Origin: Candidatus Pacearchaeota archaeon
GTDB taxonomy: Archaea > Nanobdellota > Nanobdellia > Pacearchaeales > GW2011-AR1
Assembly (NCBI GenBank): GCA_023133415.1
Contig: JAGLWM010000004.1
Span: 3,574-67,573, forward strand
Direction: 5' to 3'
Length of the DNA: 64,000 bases
Both the position numbers and the translations under genes were made by a program. Below, one piece after another: positions 1 through 9,903 of this stretch (its first letter is position 1; every line of letters starts with the position of its first letter). The notes under the pieces are model-generated. The model saw only the letters and a list, made by a program, of their open reading frames with translations, did no database searches and was not told the DNA's origin.

Positions 1-704
1 TCGTAATTACATGAGCCATCTCCGAAACATTTTGATTTTATTTCTAACTCTATTGAGCCGAATGCTGGTGAGGATTCGGTTCCCTCTAGGACGTAGATTA
101 TTGGTGAATTTTTATTTCTGTAGATTAAATTTGCCATAAAGTCTTTGTTACATTCTATTATGAATTTTTTGTCATAACAGTTTTCGTTTACTTGTAGCCA
201 GAAGTTTGACTGGGCTCGAGTTAGGCAGGAGCCGGCGTCTTCATCAATTTTTTTGTCTGTGCCTATATTTATTGTGAAGTCTTTGCCGTCGTATCCGATG
301 TGGCATTCCGTTTCCTCATTGGAGTCTTGCTGAAGATACCATGTTAAATCTGTTGGTGTTTGGTTCTGTTTGATTAGCCATTCTTCTGCTCCCTCGGTAT
401 TTTTGCCCGCGTGTTTTAGTGCTAAGATTGCTAGTGCAGTATCACGAACGTTTCCCCAGTTATCTGAAGATTCTCTGTTTTGTAATTCGTCTACGCAGTC
501 GTCGAAAATGTTGTCTGGAGTTGCTAGGATTGTTAGGGCGACTTCTTGTGTTGTTAATCCAGAGCAGTCTTTGGCTTTTTCTTCTAGGCAATCGAATGCT
601 TGTTCAATTTTGGCTTGGTCTGTTGTTTCGTTGTCGGTAGCTAGAACTAGTGTTGATGCGAATAGTAGAAAGAATAATATTATTATTGTATACCTCTTTT
701 TCAT
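1..704 (-). CDS. secreted protein, partial (3' end beyond window), with prenyltransferase/terpene-cyclase-like alpha/alpha repeat motif
   Basis: Not in the ORF track because it runs off the edge. Reverse translation from ATG (rc of cat at 702-704) gives MKKRYTIIILFFLLFASTLVLATDNETT (signal peptide), then NWGNVRDTALAILALKHAG. The plus-strand ORFs 370..714 and 419..640 are shadows. Confidence 0.55.
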   Translation of the reverse strand, partial: MKKRYTIIILFFLLFASTLVLATDNETTDQAKIEQAFDCLEEKAKDCSGLTTQEVALTILATPDNIFDDCVDELQNRESSDNWGNVRDTALAILALKHAGKNTEGAEEWLIKQNQTPTDLTWYLQQDSNEETECHIGYDGKDFTINIGTDKKIDEDAGSCLTRAQSNFWLQVNENCYDKKFIIECNKDFMANLIYRNKNSPIIYVLEGTESSPAFGSIELEIKSKCFGDGSCNY

Positions 705-789
705 GTTAAGATGAGGAGTGGGATGTTTATAAAAGTTTAGAAAGATTTGGATTTTCTAGTTTACGGTTGGTAGGAGAGATAGGAGTGGG

Positions 790-2430
790 TTAAATTTCGT
801 TTTTGTTCTTTTGTTTTATGTGGAACTTTTCTGATGATTTAGTTTTAATTTGGAATGCTTTTCTTATTGTGTAGTTGATTGGATTTTTGATGCCTGAGGC
901 TGGGGGTGAGGTGATTCCAAATTCTTTGTAGATCGGTTTATCATAATTTGGTGGGAGGCGTTTGTTTTTGATTGACCATGCGATTTGGGATTTGATGTAG
1001 CCTTGTTTTAGTGGGGCGTAGTTTTTGCTGTTCCATATTTCTATTTTTTCTTCTATATAATCTTGGGGAAATTCGAGAGAGGTGAAAAATGCGAGCGATA
1101 GAGATAGGGCTCGTTTCCGGCCGTCGTTTGGGATTCCTTTGAGGAGTTTTTTGATGATTGGTGGGAACATGTCTTCTGTGATTGTTAGGCCTTTCAGATC
1201 AACTCCTTTACCGTCGTATTTTTTTGGGGCTTGCTCTGGTTTGTTTTGCTGGGCTTCTTCTAGTGCTTGGGTTAGAAGTTGGGATGCTTCGCCTTCGATT
1301 GAGTTTGGCATAAATGATTTGATTTTTGTTATTTTGAGTGGGTCTGCATCTGATGGTTTGAAGTCTTGGACTTGGGATTTGTCTAGGGGAATTGAAGCAT
1401 ATGCGGTTTTTTCGTGGAGGGAGTATGGAGCTCGGAATAGGTGACGTGGGGAAACTAGGACTATATCTACTGCATCTTGAGTTGATTTGATTGTGATTTC
1501 TTCTTTGAATTTTTGCTTGGTGTTTTCTTGTTGGATGCCTCCGAATGAACTCGTGGCTTCGAGTTTTGCGGTGTTGATTTTGCAGGTTTTGCAGTATTGG
1601 ATTTCTCTTTGGGAAGCTCTTTGCATTTTGCCGTTGCACGATGGGCAGAGCATTTCTTTTCTGTTTGATTTCATGGATTCTACTTCTGTCTTGCATTTGA
1701 TGTCGGGACAAATGTATTTGCCGATTGTTTTGGTTTTTGTTGGTTGGTTACATTTTGGGCAGAGATGTTCAGAGACTAGTTCACCTTGTTCTTTGAGTTT
1801 TTCTTTGCTTGAGAGTTTTAGGATTTCGTTATTCATTTTGTCTTTGATTTTTTTGAAAAGGTACTCGGCGATTGCTCGGGGCCAATCTGGAAATTGATCT
1901 TTTGTCAATTTGTCGCCAATTTTTTTAGGGAAGGCTTTGAATGGGACGATTATGTGGAATCCCTTTGAGCCTGAGAATTTGATGCCGACATTTTTTATAC
2001 CGTGGCGTTCGAATTGTTCGATGAGGAGTTTTGCTGCGATTTTTCCGTAGTCAAGGAAGGGGGAATCTATGTCGATTAGGAGATCCCAGCCTGTTTTGAT
2101 TTGGTTGTATTGTTCTGGTGTCATGTCTGTATTGATGTCAAGTGGGTTTTGCCAGATTTCTTCGGAGGTGTGGAAGGATGTTGCGCCTTGTTTTGCTTGG
2201 TTTAGGATGTCGGATGGGTAGTCGAATGTGTCAGGACGTTTGGCGAAGAAGCGGTTGTTGAAGTTGGCGACTGTTTCGCGGTCTTTGCAGAAGTCGAACA
2301 TGGCTTGTTGGATGTCGGCGCGAGCGTAATATGAAACTGCTATGTTTTCTGTTCGCGAGGGATTCGTATTTTGTGGGTTGGTGGTAGTTTTTGCGCTCTT
2401 CTTTCGCGCTTGTGGGTTGGCTTTATCCAT
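790..2430 (-). CDS. priS: archaeo-eukaryotic DNA primase catalytic subunit (PriS-like) with Zn-ribbon inserts and a C-terminal helical domain
   Basis: AEP motifs DLLIDIDS, FSGSKGFHIIVPF and RAPYSLHEKT. CxxC pairs CPKC..CPDIKC and CPSC..CKTC. TATA-like tttattaataaaa just upstream on the minus strand. Confidence 0.75.
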   Translation of the reverse strand: MDKANPQARKKSAKTTTNPQNTNPSRTENIAVSYYARADIQQAMFDFCKDRETVANFNNRFFAKRPDTFDYPSDILNQAKQGATSFHTSEEIWQNPLDINTDMTPEQYNQIKTGWDLLIDIDSPFLDYGKIAAKLLIEQFERHGIKNVGIKFSGSKGFHIIVPFKAFPKKIGDKLTKDQFPDWPRAIAEYLFKKIKDKMNNEILKLSSKEKLKEQGELVSEHLCPKCNQPTKTKTIGKYICPDIKCKTEVESMKSNRKEMLCPSCNGKMQRASQREIQYCKTCKINTAKLEATSSFGGIQQENTKQKFKEEITIKSTQDAVDIVLVSPRHLFRAPYSLHEKTAYASIPLDKSQVQDFKPSDADPLKITKIKSFMPNSIEGEASQLLTQALEEAQQNKPEQAPKKYDGKGVDLKGLTITEDMFPPIIKKLLKGIPNDGRKRALSLSLAFFTSLEFPQDYIEEKIEIWNSKNYAPLKQGYIKSQIAWSIKNKRLPPNYDKPIYKEFGITSPPASGIKNPINYTIRKAFQIKTKSSEKFHIKQKNKNEI

Positions 2431-2484
2431 GATGAAAATAGGGGTTTTTTATTAATAAATGATGTGTTACTCTGGTGCAATAAT

Positions 2485-2494
2485 GTTTAAATAA
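2485..2494 (+). promoter_or_regulatory. TATA box for pcn, centre about 26 nt upstream of ATG 2515
   Basis: gtttaaataa. The spacing matches the pattern seen at many other genes in the window. Confidence 0.45.
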
Positions 2495-2514
2495 GAAGTT
2501 GGGGTTTTTTGAAT

Positions 2515-3237
2515 ATGATATTAAAGTTGGATGAGCCGAAGTTATTAGGGGGTGCTATCGATATTATTTCAAATGTTGTTGTGGAGGTTCGGATTAAGTT
2601 GTTGGAAGATGGGTTGAGTATTATTGCGGTCGATCCGGCGAATGTTGCGTTGGTGATTTTTAGGTTGCCGAAGGAGAGTTTTGTTGAGTATGATGCTGGA
2701 AATGAGGTTTGGGGTGTGAATCTTGGGGATTTGAAGAAGATTTTGAAGAGAGCTAGTGGGGCTGCTAGTGTGACATTGGAGGAGGTTGAGGGGAAGCTGA
2801 AGATTAGCGTTTTTGATAAGGTGAAGCGGACTTTTAGTTTGGCGTTAATTGAGATAAGGAGTGAGGATAAGGATATTCCGGAGTTGAATTTTGGGGCGCG
2901 GGTTGAAATGGGATCTAGGGATTTTGCACAGGCTGTTGAGGATGCTAGTATTGTTGCTGACTCTTGCACGTTTGTTTTGAAGGATGATGTTTTTACGATT
3001 GAAGGAAACGGGAGCTTGAATTCGGCTAGGGCTGAGTTTGAAGGTGGAGAGCTTGAAATTTTTGGAAAGGGCAAGAGTAAGTACTCTCTTGATTATTTGA
3101 TGAAGTTTGTGAAGGGTGTGAATATCTCTGCGAATGTTGTTGTGAGTTTTTCTGACGATTATCCGTTGAGGTTGGATTTTCCTGGGGAAAGAATGGGGAT
3201 TGGTTTTGTGTTAGCACCGCGGGTTGAAAACGATTAA
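2515..3237 (+). CDS. pcn: DNA polymerase sliding clamp PCNA
   Basis: MILKLDEPKLLGGAIDIISNVVVEVRIKLLEDGLSIIAVDPANVALV.. has typical archaeal PCNA length and N-terminus. The track start 2509 is TTG; the ATG at 2515 fits the TATA spacing. Confidence 0.85.
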   Translation: MILKLDEPKLLGGAIDIISNVVVEVRIKLLEDGLSIIAVDPANVALVIFRLPKESFVEYDAGNEVWGVNLGDLKKILKRASGAASVTLEEVEGKLKISVFDKVKRTFSLALIEIRSEDKDIPELNFGARVEMGSRDFAQAVEDASIVADSCTFVLKDDVFTIEGNGSLNSARAEFEGGELEIFGKGKSKYSLDYLMKFVKGVNISANVVVSFSDDYPLRLDFPGERMGIGFVLAPRVEND

Positions 3238-3370
3238 TTGCTTGATGATTAGCTTCGTCTGTGGTAAAGTTGTATGTTTCTGCGTATGAGACGCAAAGTT
3301 TAGGTTTTAGCAACTTTTATATATGTGTATTCATAGTTGATTTTGTAGTGATATTAAACATTGTATTGTT

Positions 3371-3580
3371 ATGAATATCACTATTGGTATTGTTATGAAT
3401 ATTCATAGTAAAAAAATAATCGGGTTGATAAAAAAAGAGAAAGTGGTAACGAGTTCTGAGGTTGCGGATGTGCTTGGGTTGTCGTGGAATACGGCAGATA
3501 AATATTTGATGGAACTCCTTATTGAAGGAAAAATCGATAGAATAAAAAAAGCAGGAGTGAATTTATGGGCGCTGAAATGA
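3371..3580 (+). CDS. small winged-helix DNA-binding protein
   Basis: VTSSEVADVLGLSWNTADKYLMELLIEGKIDRIKK is a wHTH-like pattern. It is the first gene of the surface island. Confidence 0.5.
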   Translation: MNITIGIVMNIHSKKIIGLIKKEKVVTSSEVADVLGLSWNTADKYLMELLIEGKIDRIKKAGVNLWALK

Positions 3581-4395
3581 GTGCTTCGCACAGTAATGGG
3601 CAATGGGCAATGGGCAATGGGCATGTTGCGCTCTGTAGAGCGCTTGGAAGAAAGAGAGGACAGGTAACGATTTTTATTATTGTGGGGATTGTGATTGTTG
3701 TGGGGATTATTGCTTTTGCTTTTCTAATGCGGGATGTTGATATTGGACCAAAGCCTGATATTGATCCAAAGAATATTGTTCGAAGTTGTGTTAATGATTT
3801 GGTTAAAGATTCTATTGATAAGATGCTTATGAATGGTGGGGAAATTTTGCCGACGAGGGCTATTTCTTATGAGGGAGCTGAATGGAATTATTTATGTTAT
3901 CAGGCAGATTTTTATCAAGGATGTTATAATATTCATCCTATGTTAGAGATACAGATTGAGAAGGAAATTGAAAAGGATAGTTTGAGTGGAGTGCAGAATT
4001 GTTTTGATGTTATGAGGCAGGATCTTGAAAATCGTGGATTTAGTGTTGGGGGTGGAGCGACTGATTATTCCATTGATTTGCTGCCTGGATATGTTGATGT
4101 CAAGCTAGAAAAAAGGGTTGAAATTTCTAAGGAGGGGAGTTCGCAGGTTTTTGATGATTTTGGGTTTGAGGTGGTTTCGCCGATTTATGATTTGGTTCGG
4201 GTGGCTCGGCTTATTGTGAATGATGAGTCGCAGTTTTGTAATTTTGAGTATAATGGTTATATGCTTTTATATCCGAAATATGATATTAGGAGAATTGATT
4301 ATCGAGATAGTAAGATTTATCGGTTGATTGATCGGAGGAGTGGGGATGAGTTTCGATTTGCTATAAGGAGCTGTGCATTTGCGCCTGGAATATGA
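3565..4395 (+). CDS. pilin-like protein with class III signal peptide (RKRGQ + hydrophobic helix)
   Basis: ..GRKRGQVTIFIIVGIVIVVGIIAFAFL. Paralog of 8687..9430. The real start may be ATG 3610. The 5' end overlaps hairpin and aatgggc x3 repeat modules. Confidence 0.65.
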   Translation: MGAEMSASHSNGQWAMGNGHVALCRALGRKRGQVTIFIIVGIVIVVGIIAFAFLMRDVDIGPKPDIDPKNIVRSCVNDLVKDSIDKMLMNGGEILPTRAISYEGAEWNYLCYQADFYQGCYNIHPMLEIQIEKEIEKDSLSGVQNCFDVMRQDLENRGFSVGGGATDYSIDLLPGYVDVKLEKRVEISKEGSSQVFDDFGFEVVSPIYDLVRVARLIVNDESQFCNFEYNGYMLLYPKYDIRRIDYRDSKIYRLIDRRSGDEFRFAIRSCAFAPGI

Positions 4396-7300
4396 TGAGA
4401 GAAAAAATAGTTGCGAGTTTTGAATTGATTTTGATGGTTATGTCATTGTTTGCGTTTGCACATGGGGTTTATTTGAGTGATGAGGTATTTGAAAAACTTG
4501 ATGAAAAATATAAGGAAGCAAGGGATTCCAGACTTACTGAGATTGTTGAACTGAGTGAAAGAATTCAGCCTGAAAAATCGAAAATTGGACTCATTGGTGC
4601 TATTTTTAGGAGGTTGAGGGAGCCAATGATTCAGGTTGTTTCAGCGGCGGAAACTTCGTCTGGTATTGATGAACTGGGATGTTGTTTCATGGCTAAAGAT
4701 GGGTCGAAGTGTGGAACTTCGGAGCCTGGAAATTGTGTTGCGGATTCGCCTTTTGCTGAAGGAGTTTTGTGCGCTTATGCCTCATTTTGCCAAAAGGGTT
4801 GCTGTTTTGATGAGAAGTTGGGGATTTATGATAAAAATGTTTTGGAGGCGGATTGTTCGGCGAGTTGGGTGGGGGATCCTAATTGCAATATGCCCGAGGC
4901 GAAGCTTGGATGTTGTATTTTGGGAACAAGTTCGATTTTTGAGACATTGGGGCAATGTGAGATTGATACTTTAGCGAGGGCAATGGGAGATAGTCCAATT
5001 GTTGATTGGAGGAGTGATTTGGATGAAGGACAGTGTTTTTTAATGTCGGCGACACAGGATGAAGGGGCTTGCATTCTCGATGGAGGAGTTTGCACGTTTG
5101 GGAGTGGGGTTGATTGTTATGATTATGGGGGACAGTTTAGCGAAGGTTTTCTTTGCACTTCTTCTTTGTTGAATAGTAATTGTGAGATGACTGAACAAAC
5201 AACCTGTGTTGATGGTAAGGATGGTGTTTATTTTGTGGATTCTTGTGGGAATTATGCGAATATTTATGATTCGGCGAGGGTGAATGACCAGAGTTATTGG
5301 GAGAGAGTTATCGATCCGGAAAATGCCTGCGGAAATGACGATATTGAGGGAAATGCAGATTCTAAAGATTGTGGGAATTGTAATAGATTTTTTGGTGGAA
5401 TTTGTGGTTCGGCAACGGAGGATAATTTTGATGTTGATATTGGGAGTTTCTATTGTAAAGGGACGTCGTGCATGTTTGATGGAGTGAGTTATAAAAATGG
5501 AGAATCGTGGTGTGTTTATGATGGGGCGATTGGCAATGGGGATGATGTTGTAGGATCGAGGCATTGGAAATATGTGTGTTCACAAGGAGTGGTGCAAATA
5601 GAGCCTTGCGCGGATTATCGTAATCAGATTTGCATTCAGACGAATACTTTTGATGTTGAAGGGGAAGAGGTTGAGTTTCGAAATGCTGCTTGTATTGCTA
5701 ATAATTGGAGGGAGTGTATTGATTTGAATGGTGAGGAAGATGGGATAGACCAGTGTGTTGATGCTTTGAATTGTCGAGTTGAAAATGTTGATATTGCGGA
5801 CAAATTTAAGTTTGATGTGTGTCTTCCAAGGTATCCGGGGGGATTTAGTTTAATAGATGAGAGATATATGGTGACGGCGGAGAGCATTTGTGGGATGGCT
5901 GACCAGATATGTACGGTTGTGCGAGAACCGAAGACATGGGGAGGGTGTAAATATGTTGCGAATAAGGCGTGTCTGAGCGAGGGTTTTGCGCAAGAGATGA
6001 ATGATTTTTGCAGGGGACTTGGAGATTGTGGGGGGTCGGTTAATATTTTGGGGGAGTATTCTGAAAATTATAAAGTTACAAAATCTCCCATGTTGAGTCA
6101 GAGTTGGATTAATAAACTGAAAGCATTGGCTGAACCTGTGCCAGGGCAGTTTGCAGAGGTTGAGGATTATTCGGAGTATTTGGAAGCAGCTGGAGTCTGG
6201 GCGAATCCAGAAGAGGCGGCTGAGAGTGGGGATGCTAGGGGAATGGCTGACTTTCAGAATATAGGAATGGGACTTGCGGGAATTGGATATACCGCTGGGC
6301 TTTGGGCTACTGGTGGAAAACTTGCTCTTACTGGACTTATGGAAATAGCGGGGGGATCGTGGTCGGCGACTGTAGCAAGTTTCGCAGGTGTTGCGATTGG
6401 TGCGGGAATTGGTATGATTGCTGGAGCATATCTTGCTGAATATCTTGAATTGAGTCCGGGCGGAAGTATGTTGATGGCGGTAGGTGGGGCGATGGTCGGC
6501 GGGGCTGTTGTATATTTTAGTTTAACTCCAGCACTTTTAGCAAGTCCTTTCTTTTGGGTTGGTATTGCTCTTATTGTTGTATCTCTTTTTTTTGGTGGCG
6601 ATGATTGTCCTCCGATAGAAGTTATTTTTGAGTGTAAACCGTGGAAAGCTCCTTTGGGTGGGAGTGATTGTGAAAAGTGTAATGAAGATTTGTTGAAACC
6701 GTGCTCGGAGTATCGTTGCAATAGTTTGGGATCGGCATGCGAGTTGGTGAATAAGGGAACTGTCCAAGAGATGTGCGCGTCCTCAAGTGATGATGGAATT
6801 CCTCCTGTTTTAAGTCCGCAGTTTGGGACTATTTCCGCGGATGAAATTTATGGTGACATTAGTGATAGTAGATTTAGTTTGACATCCATAGATGGGGGAT
6901 GCATTGATGCTTATACCCCTTTAATGTTTGGCATTGTTACAAACGAGTTGGCATATTGTAGATTTGATATGGAGACAAAAGAGTTTGAGGAGATGGATTT
7001 CGATTTTGGGGGGAATTCTTATTTATATAATCATACGACTGTATTTAGTCTGCCAGACCCGAGTCATGGGCAGAGTCAAGGAGCGGATTGGAATGGAGAC
7101 TTGACTTTGTATATTAAGTGTGTTGATGTTCACGGGCATGAAAGTCCAGGTTTTTACACGATTGATATGTGTGTGAATCAGGGACCAGATAAAACAGCTC
7201 CGCGGATTGTTGCGACTGATCCTGTGAATAATGCGATTGTTGGATTTGATGTTTCGGAGAAGAGTGTTAGTATTTTCACGAATGAGCTTTCGACTTGTAG

Positions 7301-8621
7301 GTGGGACTTGTCTGATGTTGATTATTCTTCTATGTCTGATAATATGATTTGTGATGACATTTTTGGATCGCCTTCTTCGTCTCAGGGATATCTATGTGAA
7401 ACTGTTGTTCCTCTGGCGGGTGGAGATAGCGTTTATTATATTAAGTGTATGGATCAACCGTGGCTTGATAACATGTATGACCGGAATGTAGTGAGCATGA
7501 TTTACAAACTGCGGAAGCCGGAGAAGAAGATTGAGATTGACTGGATTGAGCCAAGTCAAGATTTTGAGAGTGTGACTGATATGACGACGATTGAGTTGCA
7601 GGTTCAGACTTCGGGTGGGGGAGGATTGCATTATTGTTCGTTTTCGTTTTCGGGATATGATAAAATGATTAAGATGTTTGAAACTGGAGCGGATAGAATA
7701 CATGTTCAACCATTAGAGCGACCTATCGGGACTAGTAAGATTTATGTTGAGTGTACTGATGAGACTGGAGATAGTGTTCAATCATGGACTGAGTTTGAGA
7801 TTATTAAAAGGGGAATTGAAATGGAAATTGAGCCGATTGAGGATTCCGTGAGTGCATTTGAAGAGGTGATTGTTGATTTATTGGTTCGAACTTCGGGTGG
7901 AGGTAACGAGCATAATTGTTCTTATTCGCTTAGTGAGGATGGTGTGGGTATTGAGTTTGAGAAGCAGGGAAATGTTGGTGTTCATGAGCAGGGGGTTACC
8001 GTGGCTGTTGGTAGTCGAACGATTTATGTCGAATGTTGGGACGAGGCAGGAAATTCGGCAAAGGATGATGTTTCGTTTGAGATTATTAGAAAAGGGATGG
8101 AGATTGAGATTGAGCCGATTGAGGATTTCGTGAGTGGATTCAAAGAGGTGGTTGTTTATTTACTGGTTCGAACTTCGGGTGGAGGTAACGAGCATAATTG
8201 TTCTTATTCGCTTAGTGAGGATGGTGTGGGTATTGAGTTTGAGAAGCAGGGAAATGTCGGTGTTCATGAGCAGGGGGTTACCGTGGCTGTTGGTAGTCGA
8301 ACGATTTATGTCGAATGTTGGGACGAGGCAGGAAATTCGGCAAAGGATGATGTTTCGTTTGAGATTGCTTATGATACTTCGGTGCCACAGGTTGCCAGAG
8401 TTTGGCAATCTGACAAAAGGCTTTATGTTGTTACAATCGGGGAAACTAATTGTGAGTATTCGACAGTAAGCTGTAAGTTTAATTGGGGTGATGGTGAGTC
8501 TGCTGGAAGTGGACAGGAGCATGTCATTAATGTTATTCGTGGTAAGACATATTATATCAAGTGTGAGGATGAATTCGGGAATGTGCCTTCGGGGTGTTCG
8601 ATAATAGCGCATACGTTATAA
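4392..8621 (+). CDS. giant cysteine-rich membrane/surface protein (N-terminal Cys-rich ectodomain, Gly-rich multi-TM segment, Cys knot, Ig-like repeats)
   Basis: 1409-aa ORF whose ATGA overlaps the upstream stop. Signal/TM at the N-terminus, dozens of Cys (CGNC, GESWCV, EPCADYRNQIC). TM block GMGLAGIGYTAGLWATGG..FFWVGIALIVVSLFFGG. C-terminal repeated beta-rich modules begin D-x-T-A-P. Confidence 0.85.
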   Translation: MMREKIVASFELILMVMSLFAFAHGVYLSDEVFEKLDEKYKEARDSRLTEIVELSERIQPEKSKIGLIGAIFRRLREPMIQVVSAAETSSGIDELGCCFMAKDGSKCGTSEPGNCVADSPFAEGVLCAYASFCQKGCCFDEKLGIYDKNVLEADCSASWVGDPNCNMPEAKLGCCILGTSSIFETLGQCEIDTLARAMGDSPIVDWRSDLDEGQCFLMSATQDEGACILDGGVCTFGSGVDCYDYGGQFSEGFLCTSSLLNSNCEMTEQTTCVDGKDGVYFVDSCGNYANIYDSARVNDQSYWERVIDPENACGNDDIEGNADSKDCGNCNRFFGGICGSATEDNFDVDIGSFYCKGTSCMFDGVSYKNGESWCVYDGAIGNGDDVVGSRHWKYVCSQGVVQIEPCADYRNQICIQTNTFDVEGEEVEFRNAACIANNWRECIDLNGEEDGIDQCVDALNCRVENVDIADKFKFDVCLPRYPGGFSLIDERYMVTAESICGMADQICTVVREPKTWGGCKYVANKACLSEGFAQEMNDFCRGLGDCGGSVNILGEYSENYKVTKSPMLSQSWINKLKALAEPVPGQFAEVEDYSEYLEAAGVWANPEEAAESGDARGMADFQNIGMGLAGIGYTAGLWATGGKLALTGLMEIAGGSWSATVASFAGVAIGAGIGMIAGAYLAEYLELSPGGSMLMAVGGAMVGGAVVYFSLTPALLASPFFWVGIALIVVSLFFGGDDCPPIEVIFECKPWKAPLGGSDCEKCNEDLLKPCSEYRCNSLGSACELVNKGTVQEMCASSSDDGIPPVLSPQFGTISADEIYGDISDSRFSLTSIDGGCIDAYTPLMFGIVTNELAYCRFDMETKEFEEMDFDFGGNSYLYNHTTVFSLPDPSHGQSQGADWNGDLTLYIKCVDVHGHESPGFYTIDMCVNQGPDKTAPRIVATDPVNNAIVGFDVSEKSVSIFTNELSTCRWDLSDVDYSSMSDNMICDDIFGSPSSSQGYLCETVVPLAGGDSVYYIKCMDQPWLDNMYDRNVVSMIYKLRKPEKKIEIDWIEPSQDFESVTDMTTIELQVQTSGGGGLHYCSFSFSGYDKMIKMFETGADRIHVQPLERPIGTSKIYVECTDETGDSVQSWTEFEIIKRGIEMEIEPIEDSVSAFEEVIVDLLVRTSGGGNEHNCSYSLSEDGVGIEFEKQGNVGVHEQGVTVAVGSRTIYVECWDEAGNSAKDDVSFEIIRKGMEIEIEPIEDFVSGFKEVVVYLLVRTSGGGNEHNCSYSLSEDGVGIEFEKQGNVGVHEQGVTVAVGSRTIYVECWDEAGNSAKDDVSFEIAYDTSVPQVARVWQSDKRLYVVTIGETNCEYSTVSCKFNWGDGESAGSGQEHVINVIRGKTYYIKCEDEFGNVPSGCSIIAHTL
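7797..8360 (+). repeat. in-frame tandem duplication, 2 x 282 bp (94 aa module) inside the giant protein
   Basis: EII(K/R)..IEPIED..LLVRTSGGGNEHNCSYSLSEDGVGIEFEKQGNVGVHEQGVTVAVGSRTIYVECWDEAGNSAKDDVSF occurs twice. The 3' roughly 195 nt of each copy differ at one position by eye. An older diverged copy lies just upstream. Confidence 0.9.
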
Positions 8622-8686
8622 GTTAAAGATACTATAATTTATAAATAAAAGATGATTAAAATACGCATGAAAAAGGTTGTGAAAAA

Positions 8687-9430
8687 ATGAATAAAAAAAA
8701 AGGGCAGGTAGCGATTTTTATTATTGTTGCGATAGTTGTGGTTTCGGCGATTTTAGTTTTTTTTCTGTGGGCACGACCGATTTATCTTGAAGAGAGAGAT
8801 GTGAGGTTTGGATTCGAGGGTTGTGTTGGAGATGCGTTGGAGCAGGGGATTGGAGAACTTGAGAAAAATGCTGGATTTGTAAACACTGATTTTAGTTACC
8901 CCTATGATGGTGAGGATTTTGTTTATCTTTGTTATACGAATGAATATTATAAGACTTGCACTGTGCAGGTTCCGTTCTTGAAGAATAATTTTGACGAGGA
9001 GTTGGAGATTTTTATGAGGGATAAAATTGATAGTTGTTATGATAATTCTCTTGAGAATTTGAGGGAACAGGGTTATGATGTGATTGCGGGAGAGGTTGAT
9101 TATAATGTTGAGATTGAGCCTGGTGTTGTTAGGATTGAGATTGAGGCGCCAACTAGCATTGGTGCGCAGAGATTTGTGAGGTTTAATGTCGAGGTGAATA
9201 GTCCGGTTTATGAAATGGTTATGATTGCGACTTCGCTTTTGCAGTTTGAGTCTAAGTATGGTGATTCGGATATTTCTGCGATTAATTTGCTTTATCCTGA
9301 TTATTATATTGATAAGATTAAAAGGGGAGATGGAACGACAGTTTATATTCTGGAACACAAGACTATGGGGAATAGATTTCTGTTTGCTAGTCGGAGTTTG
9401 GTCTGGCCGGCTGGATACGTGTTTGAATAG
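8687..9430 (+). CDS. pilin-like protein with class III signal peptide (KKKGQ)
   Basis: MNKKKGQVAIFIIVAIVVVSAILVFF. Alignable along its length with 3565..4395 (LCY..C, YP.Y motifs). Confidence 0.7.
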   Translation: MNKKKGQVAIFIIVAIVVVSAILVFFLWARPIYLEERDVRFGFEGCVGDALEQGIGELEKNAGFVNTDFSYPYDGEDFVYLCYTNEYYKTCTVQVPFLKNNFDEELEIFMRDKIDSCYDNSLENLREQGYDVIAGEVDYNVEIEPGVVRIEIEAPTSIGAQRFVRFNVEVNSPVYEMVMIATSLLQFESKYGDSDISAINLLYPDYYIDKIKRGDGTTVYILEHKTMGNRFLFASRSLVWPAGYVFE

Positions 9431-9621
9431 ATTGGGCGAGCGTAGAGCCTGAGTAGTATTTGCCGTGCCTGTTTTTTGATTGGGATAATTCTGTTGTTGC
9501 TTTGGAATGGTGACAAAGGAAAGTTTTTTAAAGTATTATGTGTGAGATTTTGTATAATATAATATACAAACCTAAATTGAACATTGACTACTCGCGTTTC
9601 TTGCGTGGTGACTACCAGAAA

Positions 9622-9903
9622 TTTGTATTAGAAAGATGATTTAGACATTGTTGTTTGTACCCGGAATATCTGGAAAGATGTTTTGAAGGTGGACGGAATA
9701 TGTTTGAAATTGGATTGTTTATGTAGTGGAATTTGTGTGTTTTTGTTTTTTAACTTTTTTAGAGGAGGAAAACGTTATGAAGATTGTTGTTTGTATTAGA
9801 AAACTGATTTAGACATTGTTGTTTGTGGACGGAATATGTTTGAAATTGGATTGTTTATGTAGTGGTGTGTTTTTGTTTTTTAACTTTTTTAGAGGAGGTT
9901 TTT
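9622..9903 (+). repeat. tandem duplicated non-coding block ending in a T-rich/Shine-Dalgarno leader cassette
   Basis: tttgtattagaaa..tgatttagacattgttgtttgt..ggacggaatatgtttgaaattggattgtttatgtagtgg + gtgtgtttttgttttttaacttttttagaggagg occurs twice. The first copy precedes only an 11-codon remnant (ATG 9777). Confidence 0.7.

Noticed and set aside
2431-2514. Replication origin between the divergent primase and pcn genes.
   Set aside because: The 84-bp spacer holds two TATA boxes. It has no recognisable ORB-type inverted repeats or extended AT-rich unwinding region, and no cdc6/orc1 gene is nearby.
7797-8360. Template/variable repeat pair of a diversity-generating retroelement.
   Set aside because: Differences between the two copies are not adenine-specific and are clustered at the 5' end. 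No reverse transcriptase ORF exists in the window.
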